From Tubulanus polymorphus (taxonomy: Eukaryota; Animalia; Nemertea): a stretch of 64,000 bases of DNA. The translations under genes and the position numbers were made by a program. Within the stretch, counting starts at the first letter, position 1, and each line of letters opens with the position of its first letter. The DNA lies in assembly GCF_964204645.1 (NCBI RefSeq), contig NC_134030.1, forward strand, positions 19,738,210 through 19,802,209, read 5' to 3'. The notes beneath the pieces were generated by a model. It did no database searches, was not told the DNA's origin, and worked only from the letters and a program-made list of their open reading frames with translations. Positions 10,401-25,400 of this stretch are shown piece after piece.

Positions 10401-13400
10401 ATGCTCGTCAGGAAGAACTCCGATTGGTTGAGCATGCTGCGCAACGCCTCGACCGCTTTCGGCCGACCGTCGAGTTCTTTCACGCGATAGAACACGTCCT
10501 TCGTCGCTTCTTTCAACTCTTTCAGTTTGTCTTCGTAAGCCTGGAAACAAGACGCAACTAGATCAATATGTAATCGCGTATACGCGCAGAACGCTCGGTG
10601 GAAATGTTTGACAAAATGGTTTCTAGAATTTTCAGTCCGAATTCAATAGCAGGAACAAGAATAAGGAAGATGGTGAGGGAGGTTGAAATATAATGATACA
10701 GCGCTGCCAACCTCTGAATGGTGCTATCAGTAACAAATCAGTTTTTTTCAGTAACATTTCATTGAAATATGAAAGAAAATTATCAAATTAATCAGTAATC
10801 AACAGTAAGATCATCAGTAACATCTTTCATATTTCTGTTCAAATTAATCAGTTATCAAAAGTAAGACCCTCATAAACATCTTTCATATTTCTGTTCAAAT
10901 TAATCAGTAATCAACAGTAAGACCATCAGTAACATCTTTCATATTTCTGTTCAAATCAATCAGTAATCAACAGTAAGACCCTCAGTAACATCTTTCATAT
11001 TTCTGTTCAAATTAATCAGTAATCAACAGTAAGACCCTCAATAACATCTTTCTTATTTTTGTTCAAATTAATCAGTAATCAACAGTAAGACCATCAGTAA
11101 CATCATTCATATTTCTGTTCAAATTAATCAGTAATCAACAGTAAGACCCTCAGTAACATCTTTCATATTTCTGTTCAAATCAATCAGTAATCAACAGTAA
11201 GACCGACCCTCAGTAACATCTTTCTTATTTTTGTTCAAATTAATCAGTAATCAACAGTAAGACCATCAGTAACATCATTCATATTTCTGTTCAAATTAAT
11301 CAGTAATCGACAGTTAGACCCTCAGTAACATCTTTCCTATTTTTGTTCAAATTAATCAGTAATCAACAGTAAGACCCTCAGTAACATCTTTCCTATTTTT
11401 GTTCAAATTAATCAGTAATCAACAGTAACCCCCTCAGTAACATCTTTCATATTTCTGTTCAAATCAATCAGTAATCAACAGTAAGTTTTTTCTTCGTCAT
11501 TGTAGGTTTTTACTTCAAACCAGACGAGAAAATGAAGACAACCAAAGACTAGCTGATGTACGCACTAGTCGACTATTCAACGGAGAAATGAAACGAACCT
11601 TCGCGGGAGTGTCATCCTCAGTTTCGTACTGCCAATCGGACGCCGTGTTTAATAATTCGAACAACTTCGTTCGTTCGTCTTCGGTCGAACATTTCTCATA
11701 CTGAGGCTGATACAGTTTGTCCTTCGTATCGAATATGTACGATTCCAGTTCGTTTTTGACTTTCTCCAGTAGGCGGCGTTCGTCGTCATGTTTTTTCATT
11801 TCAGCAATTCTGAAAATTCATAAAATATTTTTGCTTGGCAAACGATGAAGTCAGAACTGTTCAACTGTTCGTGTAGACAAATCTAACCCACACAACTGTG
11901 GAACTGGATTCAGAGTCAAATTAAACTCACACAACTGTGGAACTGGATCCAGAGCCAAATTAAACTCACACAACTGTGGAACTGGATCCAGAGTCAAATT
12001 AAACCCACACAACTGTGGAACTGGATCCAGAGTCAAATTAAACTCACACAACTGTGTAACTGGATCCAGAGTCAAATTAAACCCACACAACTGTGGAACT
12101 TGATTTAGAGTTAAATTTAACCCACACAACTGTCATTCAGAGATTCAGAGTCAAATTAAACCTACACAACTGTGGAACTGGATCCATAGTCAAATTAAAC
12201 CCACACAACTGTGGAACTGGATCCAGAGTCAAATTAAACCCACACAACTGTGGAACTTGTTTTAGAGTTAAATCTAACCCACACAACTGTCATTCAGAGA
12301 CAGAGTCACACCTGCACAACTGTGGAACTTGATCCAGAAACTACTCAAACCCTAATAACCGTGGAAATGGTCTTGTCCTGGTAAGCGAGCGTTGAATTTA
12401 CCTGGTTTTAAATGCAGTCGTCCTCTCAGCAGATGGATCAGTGATATCTACGATTTGAGATTCTACTTTGATGTCTTCTCTCAAAATAACCGGTTTCGGT
12501 TTTTCTGGTTCTTTCTTTTCCGTCTATGGAAGAAAAATCGCAGAATAAAGTGAGGCCGAGGTTCATGAGCGTAGGCCGAGATACGAGATATCCCAATGGT
12601 AGCAATATACGAAATACATCGTACGAGATATCTCGAAGTAACAATCTGATCAGGACTGGAAATATGAGATATCTCAGAAGTAGTAATGGTAGATACCGGT
12701 ATATCATAGTAGAGATATCTCAAAGTAATTATGATTGACATTTATATAGCGCAGGTATCCTAACCAGAGTGAGTTCAGATGCGCTCCAAATTTGGTATTT
12801 TTACCCCCTGGCCTATAACTCTATTCAATGTATCAGGCATCTCTCCCTGGGGAGAAGTAACATCCGAGCAGCTATTAGGTGCTCAGGAGCCATTAATCAG
12901 ACCAGGTACCTATTTACTCCTGGGTGGAGAGAGGCAATGTAGTGTATCGTGCGAGGACACTATGGTAATGTATCGGGTTCGAATCCACGACCTGGCTTCC
13001 CCAATGTTCAACACTCTAACCGCTCACTCAAGTAAAATCCGAGCAGCTACAAGGCGCTCAGGAATCATCTATGGGGCCAGTTACCTATTTACTCCTGGGT
13101 GGAGAGAGGCAATGAGGATAAGTGTCTTGTCCGAGGACACTTAGAGTCGAACACTCGCCAACTCCGCTCGTTCAAGTAATAATTGTGGAAGAACTGATAA
13201 TTTGAGATATCTAAGGAGAGATACCGGTAGTAGCAATGATAGTTGAACTGGAAATATGTAATATCTCGTAGTAGAGATATCTCATACAACTATAACTGGA
13301 AGTACAAACAGTTACAAGGGGGACAGACCCAATACTAAGAGATAGCAGTTGAAAGAATTATGAATTAAAAGGTTTTCTCAAAAGTGGACTCACAGTATCG

Positions 13401-16400
13401 TTCTTTGTCGATTCGGTCTTGTTTTTATCATCTGTCGATTCGGTTTTCTTTTCGTCTTTCTTTTCATCTTTTTTCTCGTCTTTTTTCTCATCCGGTTTCT
13501 GTTCTTTTTTGCCCTCTTTCGATTCTTCTTTCTTCTCTTTGTCCGCGTCTTTCGTTTCGTCAGTTTTCTTCGCGTCATCTTTTTTTGTCGTTTCCTAAAG
13601 AAAGATTTCCACGTATTATTTCTAGACAAACTGAACTTTCTGGCACGTTCATCCTGCGCGGGATTTGAACCTGATGACATCCTAAAACTCTGCCACGTTC
13701 CTCCCTGGCAGGGATTTGAACCTAATGACATCGTGAGACTCTGCCACATTCCTCCCTTGCGGGGATTTGAACCTGATGACATCGTGAGACTCTGCCACGT
13801 TCCTCCCTGGCGGGGATTTGAACCTGATGACATCGTGAGACTCTGCCACGTACCTCCCTCGCAGGGATTTGAACCTTTTCATATTGAACGTTTTGTTCCC
13901 ACCTGACGAAGTCACACGTACTTCTGTTTCAACTTACTTTATCCTTCGTTTCCTCCTCTTTTTTATCTTCTTTCTCATCAACCGTCACTTTTTCATCTTC
14001 GTCCTTTTTACCGCCGCTGAAGAAATTACTGATCGTGCTGCCCAATTCTGAAACAAATCAACAAACGCAAAACAATGATGACGAACCAACCGATCATGAT
14101 ATTTCGGGGTCAAAATCTGCGGCTAGAAAATCCGTTTATCGGCGGGAAAATATGGTAATGTACATGTATAGCGGCATATTTTGCGGGTCCTTTGATAAAG
14201 TTTAGATTTGAGAGCCTAAAAATACAGTTCGAAGTTCAATCGAAAATAACTTTTTGTCAATTTTGTCAATGTAAGGCTGAGTGCTTGTCACGCTACCTGG
14301 CGCGATAACTGGTGTTGCAGCTAACCCAATGACATAAATAAATCAAGTTCCATAGTAAGTATTATATTATACCATGGTTGATGCCTTTTAATTGCAACCT
14401 ATAGGACGCTGACCGGTCGTTGGTATCTTCAAGAAACTTACTCGATAGCGTAGATTCCTCTTTCGTGTCTTCGGCCGACGGAGCCTTTTCGAAAACCGAT
14501 TCCACTTTATCCAAATGCAACAAACCGCTTTCGTCCATACGGAAATGAGCCTTCACGCCCTTCGCTTCGGTGGTGGCGCCGTGCGTGTCGTGGGCGTCGG
14601 CAACTCCGGTGAGTGACACCTTCTTCAAATTCAACGCCCCCAGCATCCTAGAAATGCGACCGCTTTATTATAGCGCGTGACAACGCTGTCGATTCGAGGG
14701 AACACTTTCAAAAGGGTTTTAGAAAGATTGATAGTGTCCATAACAAATCTCATTTAGTGACTTTCAAAGACTTTTTGACTCCGATCAAAGGACTTATATA
14801 TAATACTTAAACCAGGAATCCTGAACCTGCAGGCATTTCTATAATCTTGCCAGTTTGATTTCTTGTTTCAGGGCATCCTCGCTTATCAGGGTTTGATTGC
14901 CTCCCGCAGAAGCTCCCGCCAGCACAAACCCTGACCATAGACCCTTCATTGGGCTATAGGTTGCTATTCAGCGGCCACCAGTCCACATATCTGGCCAATC
15001 AGATGCGTTATTTGGATTGACCGAATCTGCCGGAGAAAAACAACGTATCTGATTGGCTAACTACGTAAGACTGGTGACCGCTTAGCAGCAACCAGTCCAC
15101 CCAAGAAAATCTTGGGCAGCATAATGGACCGATGCATGGTCTGCGGTCAGGGGCTTGTATTAAACAACGTATCTGAAAGGTTTGTGTTGGTACGAGCTTC
15201 GGCGGGCGGCAATCAAACCCTGGCAAGCGAGGATGAACTGTAACAAGAGATCAAGAAATAAACACCGAACGACATGACGCCACTTACTTGCGCGCTTCTT
15301 CGTCCAGAAACGTAAGGTCGCCGTAGTTAACTTCGAATGAGAAATCTTTCGTGTGTTTGTTGAACGTCATCACTTTCTTCTGCGGGAACGGATTCATCGT
15401 ACCGAACAGCGTACGCTTGACGAGCTTCGTCGATTCTTTGCCCGATTCGTCCACTTTCGTTCGTTCGAATTCCACCTAAATTTCGCGAATAATACGAATA
15501 CGAAAGTGAGCGATCGATTGAACACGAAGAGCACCTACCAATCCCGTACCCTCCCATTCCGTTCCCCTCCCCCTTTCCCTCTCTCCAAACTAGGATTCAA
15601 ACTATTCAGATATTAGACATTTTATCAGCACACTTTCAAAAACTGATCGTCCACACTTCACATGTGTTCAGTGCTTCATCTGAGATATTTTCAATTGAAA
15701 ATGAACTACAAACACCAGATATTAGACATTTTATCAGCACACTTTCAAAAACTGATCATCCACACTTCACATGTGTTCAGTGCTTCATCTGAGATATTTT
15801 CAATTGAAAATGAACTACAAACACCAGATATTAGACATTTTATCAGCGCACTTTCAAAAACTGATCGTCCACACTTCACATGTGTTCAGTGCTTCACCTG
15901 AGACATTTCTAATTGAAAATGAACTACAAACACCAGATATTAGACATTTTATCAGCACACTTTCAAAAACTGATCGTCCAACTAGGATTCAAACCGGTAT
16001 TAGCTGCGATCACACGGAGATAATTTGGCCCCCCGAGTTAAAATTTGGCCCATTTTTTAATCAGAGAGCGCTTTCACATGTAAACCACTCACTCGATACT
16101 GACAACAATGCTTAAACAAAGCGAAGTGAGTCATTTCCAGAACCAGCTAGAAGTAACACGCTATGATTTGGGCCTGGTCGAACGTTAGTGGACAGGGTTA
16201 ACAGGTGCATGGTGTGATCACTTCACGTGTGTTCAGCGATCTAAGACATTCTAATTTTTAATAAGCTACAAACACCAGGTATTCTATCAGCACACTTTCA
16301 AAAACTGATCGTCCACACTTCACATGTGTTCAGGACTTCATCTGAGACATTTTTAATTGAAAATGAACTACAAACACCAGATATTAGACATTTTATCAGA

Positions 16401-19400
16401 ACACTTTCAAAAACTGATCGTCCACACTTCACATGTGTTCAGTGCTTCACCTGAGACATTTTTAATCGAAAATGAACTACAAACACCAGATATTAGACAT
16501 TTTATCAGCACACTTTCAAAAACTGATCATCCACACTTCACATGTGTTCAGGACTTCATCTGAGACATTTTCAATTGAAAATAAATGACGAATACCAGAC
16601 ATTAGACATTGCATCAGAACACTTTTGAAAAGTGATTGTATACACTACAATAGTGAATTTGGTGGTTCCAGGTAGCTCAAAATTGGTTAGAGATGACTCA
16701 GTTGAGTTGTCAACTACAATTGTGTTGGTATCTTGGTATTTTTTGACCAGTTAACTCTAACCAACTTTTGAGAAACAGGCCCAAGATTTATGTACACCTG
16801 CATTACAACAAAGAGTGTATTGCTTACAAATTTTACAGTGTGTGAACTCTTTATTTGACGAAAAAGTAATTTTCGTGACGTCTTATTTTCACCAAGTTTT
16901 GCATGCAGAATAAAATCTATTTTTAGCAGAAATTCTAATACCGGGGTAATGTGAGTTTCAAAAATGCTAACTATAGGAAAATTTACGAATTCGAACCTGA
17001 TAGCATCGCGAAACTCTGACACAGTCCGCCGTCGCGGGGAACCTGGTGTCACCGCGAGACGGAACAACTTATCCTTTTAAAGCATCATTACAATCAAAAC
17101 AATGAAAAAGCAAAAAAAAACTGGTGGTTTGATAGACTTCGTACGTATTGGTTTTTACCCCAGGGAAAAACTGTCATTTGAAATTCTTATTAATTAAAGG
17201 ATCAGATTGATGATCTCAGGATTTTTCACATTTTTCAGATCCTTACAATTAGCTATACCCGTATTTCACATCTGATCTGGACAGATTGAAAAAAAATTTC
17301 TAAAACCTAAAAAACAGCTTGTACATTAATTCTGAGCTCGACGGTATAAGGAATAAAAAAGATTGCGTAAATATTTTGACCGGACATTTTTGAATTTTTC
17401 AAACATTTTCATGATTTCTTGCAGATTTTTCATGTTTTTTTTTTTTCACTTTTCAAGCGAACATCGATTCCAAATCAATTTAACCCCTGATTATGTTAGG
17501 GGGAATAAGCTAAATATTGCTTTGAAAACCTCGATCACACGCAGCCTATAAAACCACCAGTCCGATACACGACGCCTTCTGCACCGAGAATCAAAAAACA
17601 AACGAAATTTATAAAATTCGAAAATAAAAAAACGAGCGTGACCAACCTGCGTTAATTGGCTAATAAACGAAACCTAATTAAAAACAGCAATTCAGAATCG
17701 TTAAAATAGTTCCTTTGAAATCACCAACACAGTGCTTCGTTTAACCCTTGCAGTTCATCTACACCACAGTGCGGTGTATAAATTGGTGCTGAACTTTGCT
17801 AATACACTGCATCACGGTAAATTGATGTTATTTTTGGGTAATTTTAATCTCTATTGGAACTTGGTTCTCATGACTGTGCGACCGGGTTCATACACAGCTG
17901 TAAAACCGGGTTCTCACAACTGTAGAACCGGGGTTCACACAGCGGTAAAACCGGGTTCTCACAACTGTAGAACCAGGTTACACCGTCGTCGAACTGCATG
18001 AGACTAGCAAATATCCACACCCAAAAGCAGATTTAATATTCTTCGCAATCAGGTCGCCATTTTTTCAGTCTCAGCTTTTCTCACCTGAATAGGGAATATA
18101 TTGCCGTCCTTGACTCCGAATCGCAAAACCTTGAAGCCCTTACTGAGGTATGCGGCTTGGTAAACGGCGCCCATCACTGCCGCTTCATCGGTATTTATAC
18201 TTTTACCGAGTTCCGTCCTAGAATGACGAGAAAAATGAGTTCATTTTACCGCGCGTCAAATACAGGCGCCGGCCGCGTGAAAAGGGTTAAAATCGACAAA
18301 ACTTACTTTCCGGTGGTTTCGATTAGGATATCTCGAACTTTAGGCATCCTCGTCACTCCGCCCATCAGTATTACTTCTTTTATTTCGATCTACGCAAGAA
18401 AACACGGAAAAACTTGTACATTTTTAGGACGCGGACTAGAGAATCATATGCCGTGATGTGGGTATTCTTGGAGCCACCCACTAGCGAAAGGAATGGCTCC
18501 TAATGCTATAATATGCATATTGTTTGAGGCACTTAACGAAGAGGGATTGTTCCTGATGACATAATGATTTTCTTATTCTTGGAGCCATCCACTAGTGAAA
18601 AGAATGGTTCTTCACGCCATAATATACATAATTTGTGAGGCATTATATATGATGTTCTAATATTTGGAGCCAACCACAAGAGAAATGGATGGTTCCTGAT
18701 GCAATAATATGCATATTTTTAGGCACTTATCAAGGAAGCATTGTTTCCAATGACATTAAGATTTTCTTATTCTAGGAGCCACCCGCTAGAGAAAGGGATG
18801 GTTTCCAATGCCATAATTTGCATAATATTTGCATATTCGCTTAAGAAAGGGATGACTCCTAATGACATGATGTTCTCATTCTATGAGGCACATTGCCTTA
18901 CAATTGCGAAAGTCAGAGTCATTTGAGTCATCGCTGAAGTCAGATAAGACTTACCCACGTCATGTGCGACATTTTCAAAGCGTCTTCGATCGGTTTTTTA
19001 ATGCGCCCGAACAGATCGCTGGTCATCTCTTCGAATTCGGCACGCGTTACTTTGGCCTTGAAATCTTTGTCGTCCAACAAACTTTCAACCTAAAACAGAT
19101 TCATAACAGTAGTAGATTAACCCTTTCCGTGCTGACTAATTAATACCCTAAGTGCTCGGGAAAATTTTAAAATTTGGGAAAATTCCACCCTAGTGTGTGG
19201 AATAATGGGAATACCACTATAGTGTATCTACACCGTGGTGCGGTGTATCAATAGGTACTAATATTTCACTATTTTGACGGGTGATGTCATCTTTGTATAG
19301 AGATAAAAACTAAAAACTAATTACATTAATACACCACAGTGCGGTGTACTAGCAAAATCCATTACCGATTCATACACCGCACTGCGGTGTAGACGCACTG

Positions 19401-22400
19401 AAAGGGTTAATATTCAAATTTCGAAAAGTACCAAAGAGATACCAGCAACACCAGATGGCGCAATAATACACCGAGTTATTCAAAGCGAAAATTTTCTCGA
19501 TTTTTTAGGCTTCCAAATCCGAAAATTATCTAACGAGTCATCGGATAGATATAAGATTCACATTCTCGCGACGCTCAGTGAATGGTCTTGATTTAATAGA
19601 TTCAATGAAAATCGATTTACATGTGAGAAAAGTCGATTGGAATATAATCGAAACGTAGAAGAAATTGAGGCGCGGTATCCCAGTGCCACTAGCAACGCTG
19701 GCGGGTTATGGCCAAACCTCACTTCCCTTAGTAGCTTCGCAGGTATATCATCGCAATAAACTAATTGCAACTGGTAGTTAACGTACTACTTACTACGCGA
19801 AAGTGACACCTAGTGGATCCTCACTTGCCACAAGCGAAACAGAAATATAGTTACCTGAGCGTAGTGATCGGCGTTAGCGCTGAGAACCTTCATCACTCGT
19901 CCGGCCTCTTTAAACAGTTTGGCCATCGCGCGCGCGTTCTTCGTCACGTCGTTTTTCGTTTTTTTCTGTTCGTTGAATAATTTGGCGAGATGGTCGCGCA
20001 ATCTGAGCTGCCACTCGACACCGCCGAGCGTCTGGTCGAACCTTAAATAAAAAAAAAACAAAATCAAATACATCAATAATCTAACTGTCACTCTCTATCT
20101 GTTCTCAGTGCTTTACCTGAGATATTCTTAATTGAAAATGAACTACAAACACCAGACATTAGACATTTTATCAGCTCACTTTCAAAAACTGATCGTCCAC
20201 ACTTCACATGTGTTCAGTGTTTCACCTGAGACATTTCTAATTGAAAATGAACTACAAACACCAGATATTAGACATTTTATCAGCAAACTTTCAAAAACTG
20301 ATCGTCCACACTTCACATGTGTTCAGTACTTCACCTAAGACTTTTCTAATTGAAAATGAACTACAAACACCAGATATTAGACATTTTATCAGCACACTTT
20401 CAAAAACTGATCGTCCACACTTCACATGTGTTCAGTGCTTCACCTGAGACATTTTTAATCGAAAATGAACTACAAACACCAGACATTAGACATTTTATCA
20501 GCACACTTTAAAAAACTGATCGTCCACACTTCACATGTGTTCAGTGCTTCACCTGAGACATTTCTAATCGAAAATGAACTTCAAACACCAGATATTATAC
20601 ATTTTATCAGCACACTTTCGAAAACTGATCGTCCACACTTCACATGTGTTCAGTGCTTCACCTGAGACATTTCTAATCGAAAATGAACTACAAACACCAG
20701 ATATCAGACATTTTATCAGCACACTTTCAGAAACTGTTCATACACACTTTACATTCACATTGGGTAGGCCCAAATTTCTGGACGGGTTCAGATTGCAGAT
20801 TGTAGTAAAATGATATATTCTTACATACCCAACCCCTAACACCGTCACTTGCGGATTATTTTCTGCGAATCCACGATCTTTCATTTTAACGACTTGATAA
20901 CCTAAAATACGAAAATGAAATATCGAATTTGATATCTATTTCAACTTTTGTCAAATTCGTACCTGCTCCCACCCTACATGGCTCCCTACTAACTAACGAT
21001 TAAAAAGTTTAGCGAGTCACCACGAATCTCTCGGTACTTACTGACAATAGTAGCCGACATGCTCGTCGAACCCATATCGACGAACATGTAATGCTGTTTC
21101 GTCGCGTTGAACTCCTTACGTCGGAAAACGCCGTAATTCAACGCGACCGCCGAATTGTCGTTCATCAACTGCAGCACGTTCAAACCGACCAGTTCGCCGG
21201 CTCGTAACATCGCGCGGCGTTCCGCCTGGTTGAAATACACCGGCACCGTGATCACGGCGTCTTGAATCTTTTGTTCTGAAACGCGAGCGAGAGAGAAAAT
21301 AAAATAATCGCGGCCAAAATTTGCGACGTTCATAGATATCGTTCTAAGCCTTCCGCTACACTGAAGTGCGGTGTATTAATCGCTGGTGACTTTGCTGATA
21401 CACCGCATCGCAATGTATCGATGTAATTATTAATTAGTTATTTATCTCTGACTATTGAAAGATGGCAGCACCGTTGAAACGTTGTGAAATATTAGTTACT
21501 AGCAATACACCGCACTGCAATGTAAACAGAATATAGCCGTGTGCCCGTTATTCAACGCAATGGGGTGGAATCTTCTTATCATCAAATTATCTTCTTATTA
21601 TCAGATTATCAAATTATTTCCAAAGCCTTTTCGGGTGTTATTTAGTCAGCCCTGAAAGGGTTTAAAAGGTTGCGAGCCTATGATCCAATAGACGTCACCA
21701 TTCTTCTTTCATCGCAATCGGGGGAAAGCCGAATGTTTACTTAAGAAAATCATAGATTTTGTCAAATTGATTGAAACTATATCTTATCTCAGCATAAGCC
21801 TGTATGAAAATTTATGCATCTTCTATCTTCCACATTACGATGTGTTTATTCACAAATTCTTACCCGCAAATGTTTCGGCCAAGTGCTTCGCGTTTTCTAG
21901 AATCATAGCTATCAGTTCTTCGGGAGCATAGATCGTCGACCTAATCGAAATATGAAATGAACAAAAATAACTGAATAGTCCATGTACCAAAGCGGAGTCT
22001 CAAGATGCCATCAGGATCAGGAATAGGATCGAATCCCCACAAGGGAGGAACACGAGCCTCGTGATGCCAACATGCAAGGTCCATACAGATCAGTATTCCA
22101 GGATATGAGTAGTTTTTGAAGCAGTTTTCAAGTTGAGGAAATTTCAAATTTTGAGTAAGTGTCTACATCACTTTCATATCTCAATTACAGCAGACTCCTC
22201 CTAAATCGGATTATCTTATTCAATGGTTTTGTAACCAAATGTTTAGCCTATACACCACTAAACTTGGTTTCTAATTTCGTAACCGCCTAATTGGGGGAAA
22301 AAATAATCCTGGTCCCAACTCTTATCGATTTAGGCGTAGTTCACTGTACAACTAACAAACTAGATAAATAATTGGGACAATCCCTATTTTAAGATAAAAA

Positions 22401-25400
22401 AAACAAACAAGATAAAATTTATAATCGCCAATTTCTCAAAATTGAAGGACTTTTGAACATTGTGCTCAAATTGAAGGAGTTTCAAGAAGCTTAAAAAGTA
22501 TTTTCCGTTTAGAAGGAGTTTCTAAGGGATCAAGAAGTCATAGGGACCCTGTCACGTCCTATTTGCAGGATGATCTAATCGACTTACTCGTCTTGTTGAA
22601 ATACAACCGTGCCGGTTTGCGGATCCTCTTTCAGGTCGTAGTACGGGAATCGTTGCTGGAACTGTTTCACGTGCGGATTGTCGAGTTTCTTCCCGAGGAC
22701 GGACAGCAAAAACCAGTACGCGTGCTTCGGCGACTTCGCGATCTACGAAATATTCGAAAGACGTGAAAGTCGGGACCGACGCCGCGCGACAAACGCAGTT
22801 ATTTGTAGCGCAAGGACTTGTCACAATTGATAGTGAATGATTAAAATCAGTATCCATGACCGACCCCGGAATCCCGGTACGATAAAAAAACAAGGGTCAT
22901 CTTCGGAATGATGATTAGTTGCGTCTATTGTTTTTTATGATATCACTTTAAAACCCTTTCAGTGCTGACTAATTAATAACCTCTAGTGCTGGAGATAATT
23001 TGAAAATTTTGAAAAATTCCACCCTAGTGTGTTGAATAACGGGAATACCACTATAGTGCGTCTACACCGCGGCGCGGTGTATCGTTAGTTACTAGTATTT
23101 CACTTTATTTGACAGGTGCTGCCATCTTTCAATAGAGATAATTACTAATTACTTATTACACCAATACACCGCAGTGCGGTGTACTAGCAAAATCCATCAC
23201 TGATTCATACACCGCACTGCGACTGTAGATGCACTGAAAGGGTTAATGAAGTACCGAAACATATATTCCTTTTTTACAATACATACCACTGGTATCGCGC
23301 TTTCTCCTATTTCTCTCTCTCCGTCTTTGATCGATAAAACGGTCGGCGTTTTACGCTTGCTTTCCCTGCAAAAATTCATCGAACAGCGAAATAAAATCGA
23401 GTGTTTGCCTAGCTCGAGAAAATCCCGTTCTCGTGCGGTCGTTCAACTTCTTAAAATCATGACCCGCACTACATAAAGACTGTGCCTGTTTTATAGACCA
23501 GTTTCAATTTGAACCCTCGGGGGGGGGGGGGGCTGGTTTTATAGACCAGTTTTAACTTGGGCTGGTTTTATAGACCAGTTTTAACTTGAACCCTACAGGG
23601 GCTGGTTTTATAGACCAGTTTTAACTTGAATCCTACAGGGGCTGGTTTTATAGACCAGTTTTAACTTAAACCCTGCCGGGGCTGGTTTTAAAGACCAGTT
23701 TTAACTTGGGCTGGTTTATAGACTAGTTTTAAGTTGAACCCTGCAGGGGCTGCTTTTATGGACCAGTTTTTAACTTGAACCCTGCAGGGGCTGGTTTTAT
23801 AGACCAGTTTTAACGTTAATCCTGCAGGGGCTGGTTTTTAAGAACCAGTTTTAAAAATCCTGCAAAGGCTGGTTTTATGGGCTGATTTCGTGCACCAGCT
23901 TAACCCAAACCCCGAGAACTGGTTTAAAGACCAATTTCAACTTAATCCAAGATTTAAAAGACAAAACCCATGAATACAAAATTTGGATCTAGCTTTGAAA
24001 CTGACCTGTTTAATACCACTTCCATTGGTACACCGGGCTACAAAAAAAAATATCGAAAACATTTAAATCGCTTATCTAGTAATCATCGAAAAATTCTAGC
24101 TAAATATTTCAAGTGTTATGAATCGAATATGAAAGAACTGCAAACTGTGAAATCAGTTCTTGTTCGCTTGTTTTACAACTCACCTTCACAATCGCGATTT
24201 TCATAAATTCACCTCCAAAATCTATAGAAATCACGGCTAAACCGTCTGAAAATAGAAAACGTACATTTTCATAAGGGGATCTGAATAGTAGCAAGCCAAG
24301 GAGCCCTATTTTCTGGAGAAGGGTCTATATAGATCCAATCATTAGGCAATTTATGAGGTCATACGGGGATTAATGAAGGCAACCATCTTTTCTGGAAGTG
24401 TCTGAGGAAATTTGATGATGTCATAGGGGGATTTATGGTGGCAGACATCTTTTACGTAGCCCAAGGCTTTATACAGAGATGCTAGGGCCAAAGTACCAAA
24501 ATTCCGGAATTTAGAACGGGCGTTTTTGCATCGCCGGAGATGCAGTGTCACGATCGGCATCTTTCATCTGAAAATACGACGGCAGGCATTCGTTGTGCTT
24601 CACATCCCTCGCTGCCTTCTTATGCCGCGCCTTTTTCCCGCCACTACCGTATTTGACCTGGTCTTTACAAACGACACAGTAAAGCAGTATACCGCTGTCA
24701 ATTGCCTTTATATCGGCCGACTCCCGACTGACAATCTTTCCGTGCGTGCTCATTTTGCAGACCGTCCCGCAAAAAGAAAGTTACAAAGCTGCGTGCCTCA
24801 GGACATAGCACGCGTGTGGTAATAATTAAGATGATATTTATTAAATATTATCTTAATTATTACCACGTGCATCTTCACATTGTTGGCCGTTAGCGGGACG
24901 ATGTATAACGGCGCGTAAAGATAATTGACTTTTAATTGGAAATGGCGTCACAACAGTGGCGCTCCGCCTACGCACGCACAGATACAACAACAAGCACACA
25001 TATATACATTGTATCAGAACGTCCTCGGAAACGGAGACCAAGATAAAATAACACAGAAGCGACGACGAGTACAAGCAAACAAACGCTTTTACGGTCCGTG
25101 CCATTACTGGTCGCCGCGAGGAATTCTCACCAAATTTCCGGAATTGACATCGGCGATCCTAAATTTCCGGAATTCCGGATATTTCCGGAAAACTAGCATC
25201 TCTGTTTATAGAGCAAAACGCTAGGAGGCGAATTGCTGATGTCATTTAAGGGGAATGTTGAAGCAGCGAAACACTTTTCTGGAAAGATCAAATCACCTTT
25301 GATGTGATGTGGTAGAGTGGGATTTATGAAGGAAATCATGCGTCTGGAAGAGTCTGTAGAAATAGGTAATTCAATAAGAGGGGGATATTAAAAAAGCTTT

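Noticed and set aside
3450-11485. CRISPR-like appearance of 29-56 bp repeats
   Set aside because: Units are head-to-tail without unique spacers, there are no cas genes, and the context is eukaryotic.
15662-20813. Recurrent ORFs [18 protein letters not shown]...
   Set aside because: They are translations of the 109-bp satellite.
24853-25104. Hydrophobic [15 protein letters not shown]... as the HYOU1 signal-peptide exon
   Set aside because: It lies inside the TIR transposon and has no good donor. The exon at 25545-25447 has proper splice sites and the correct phase.
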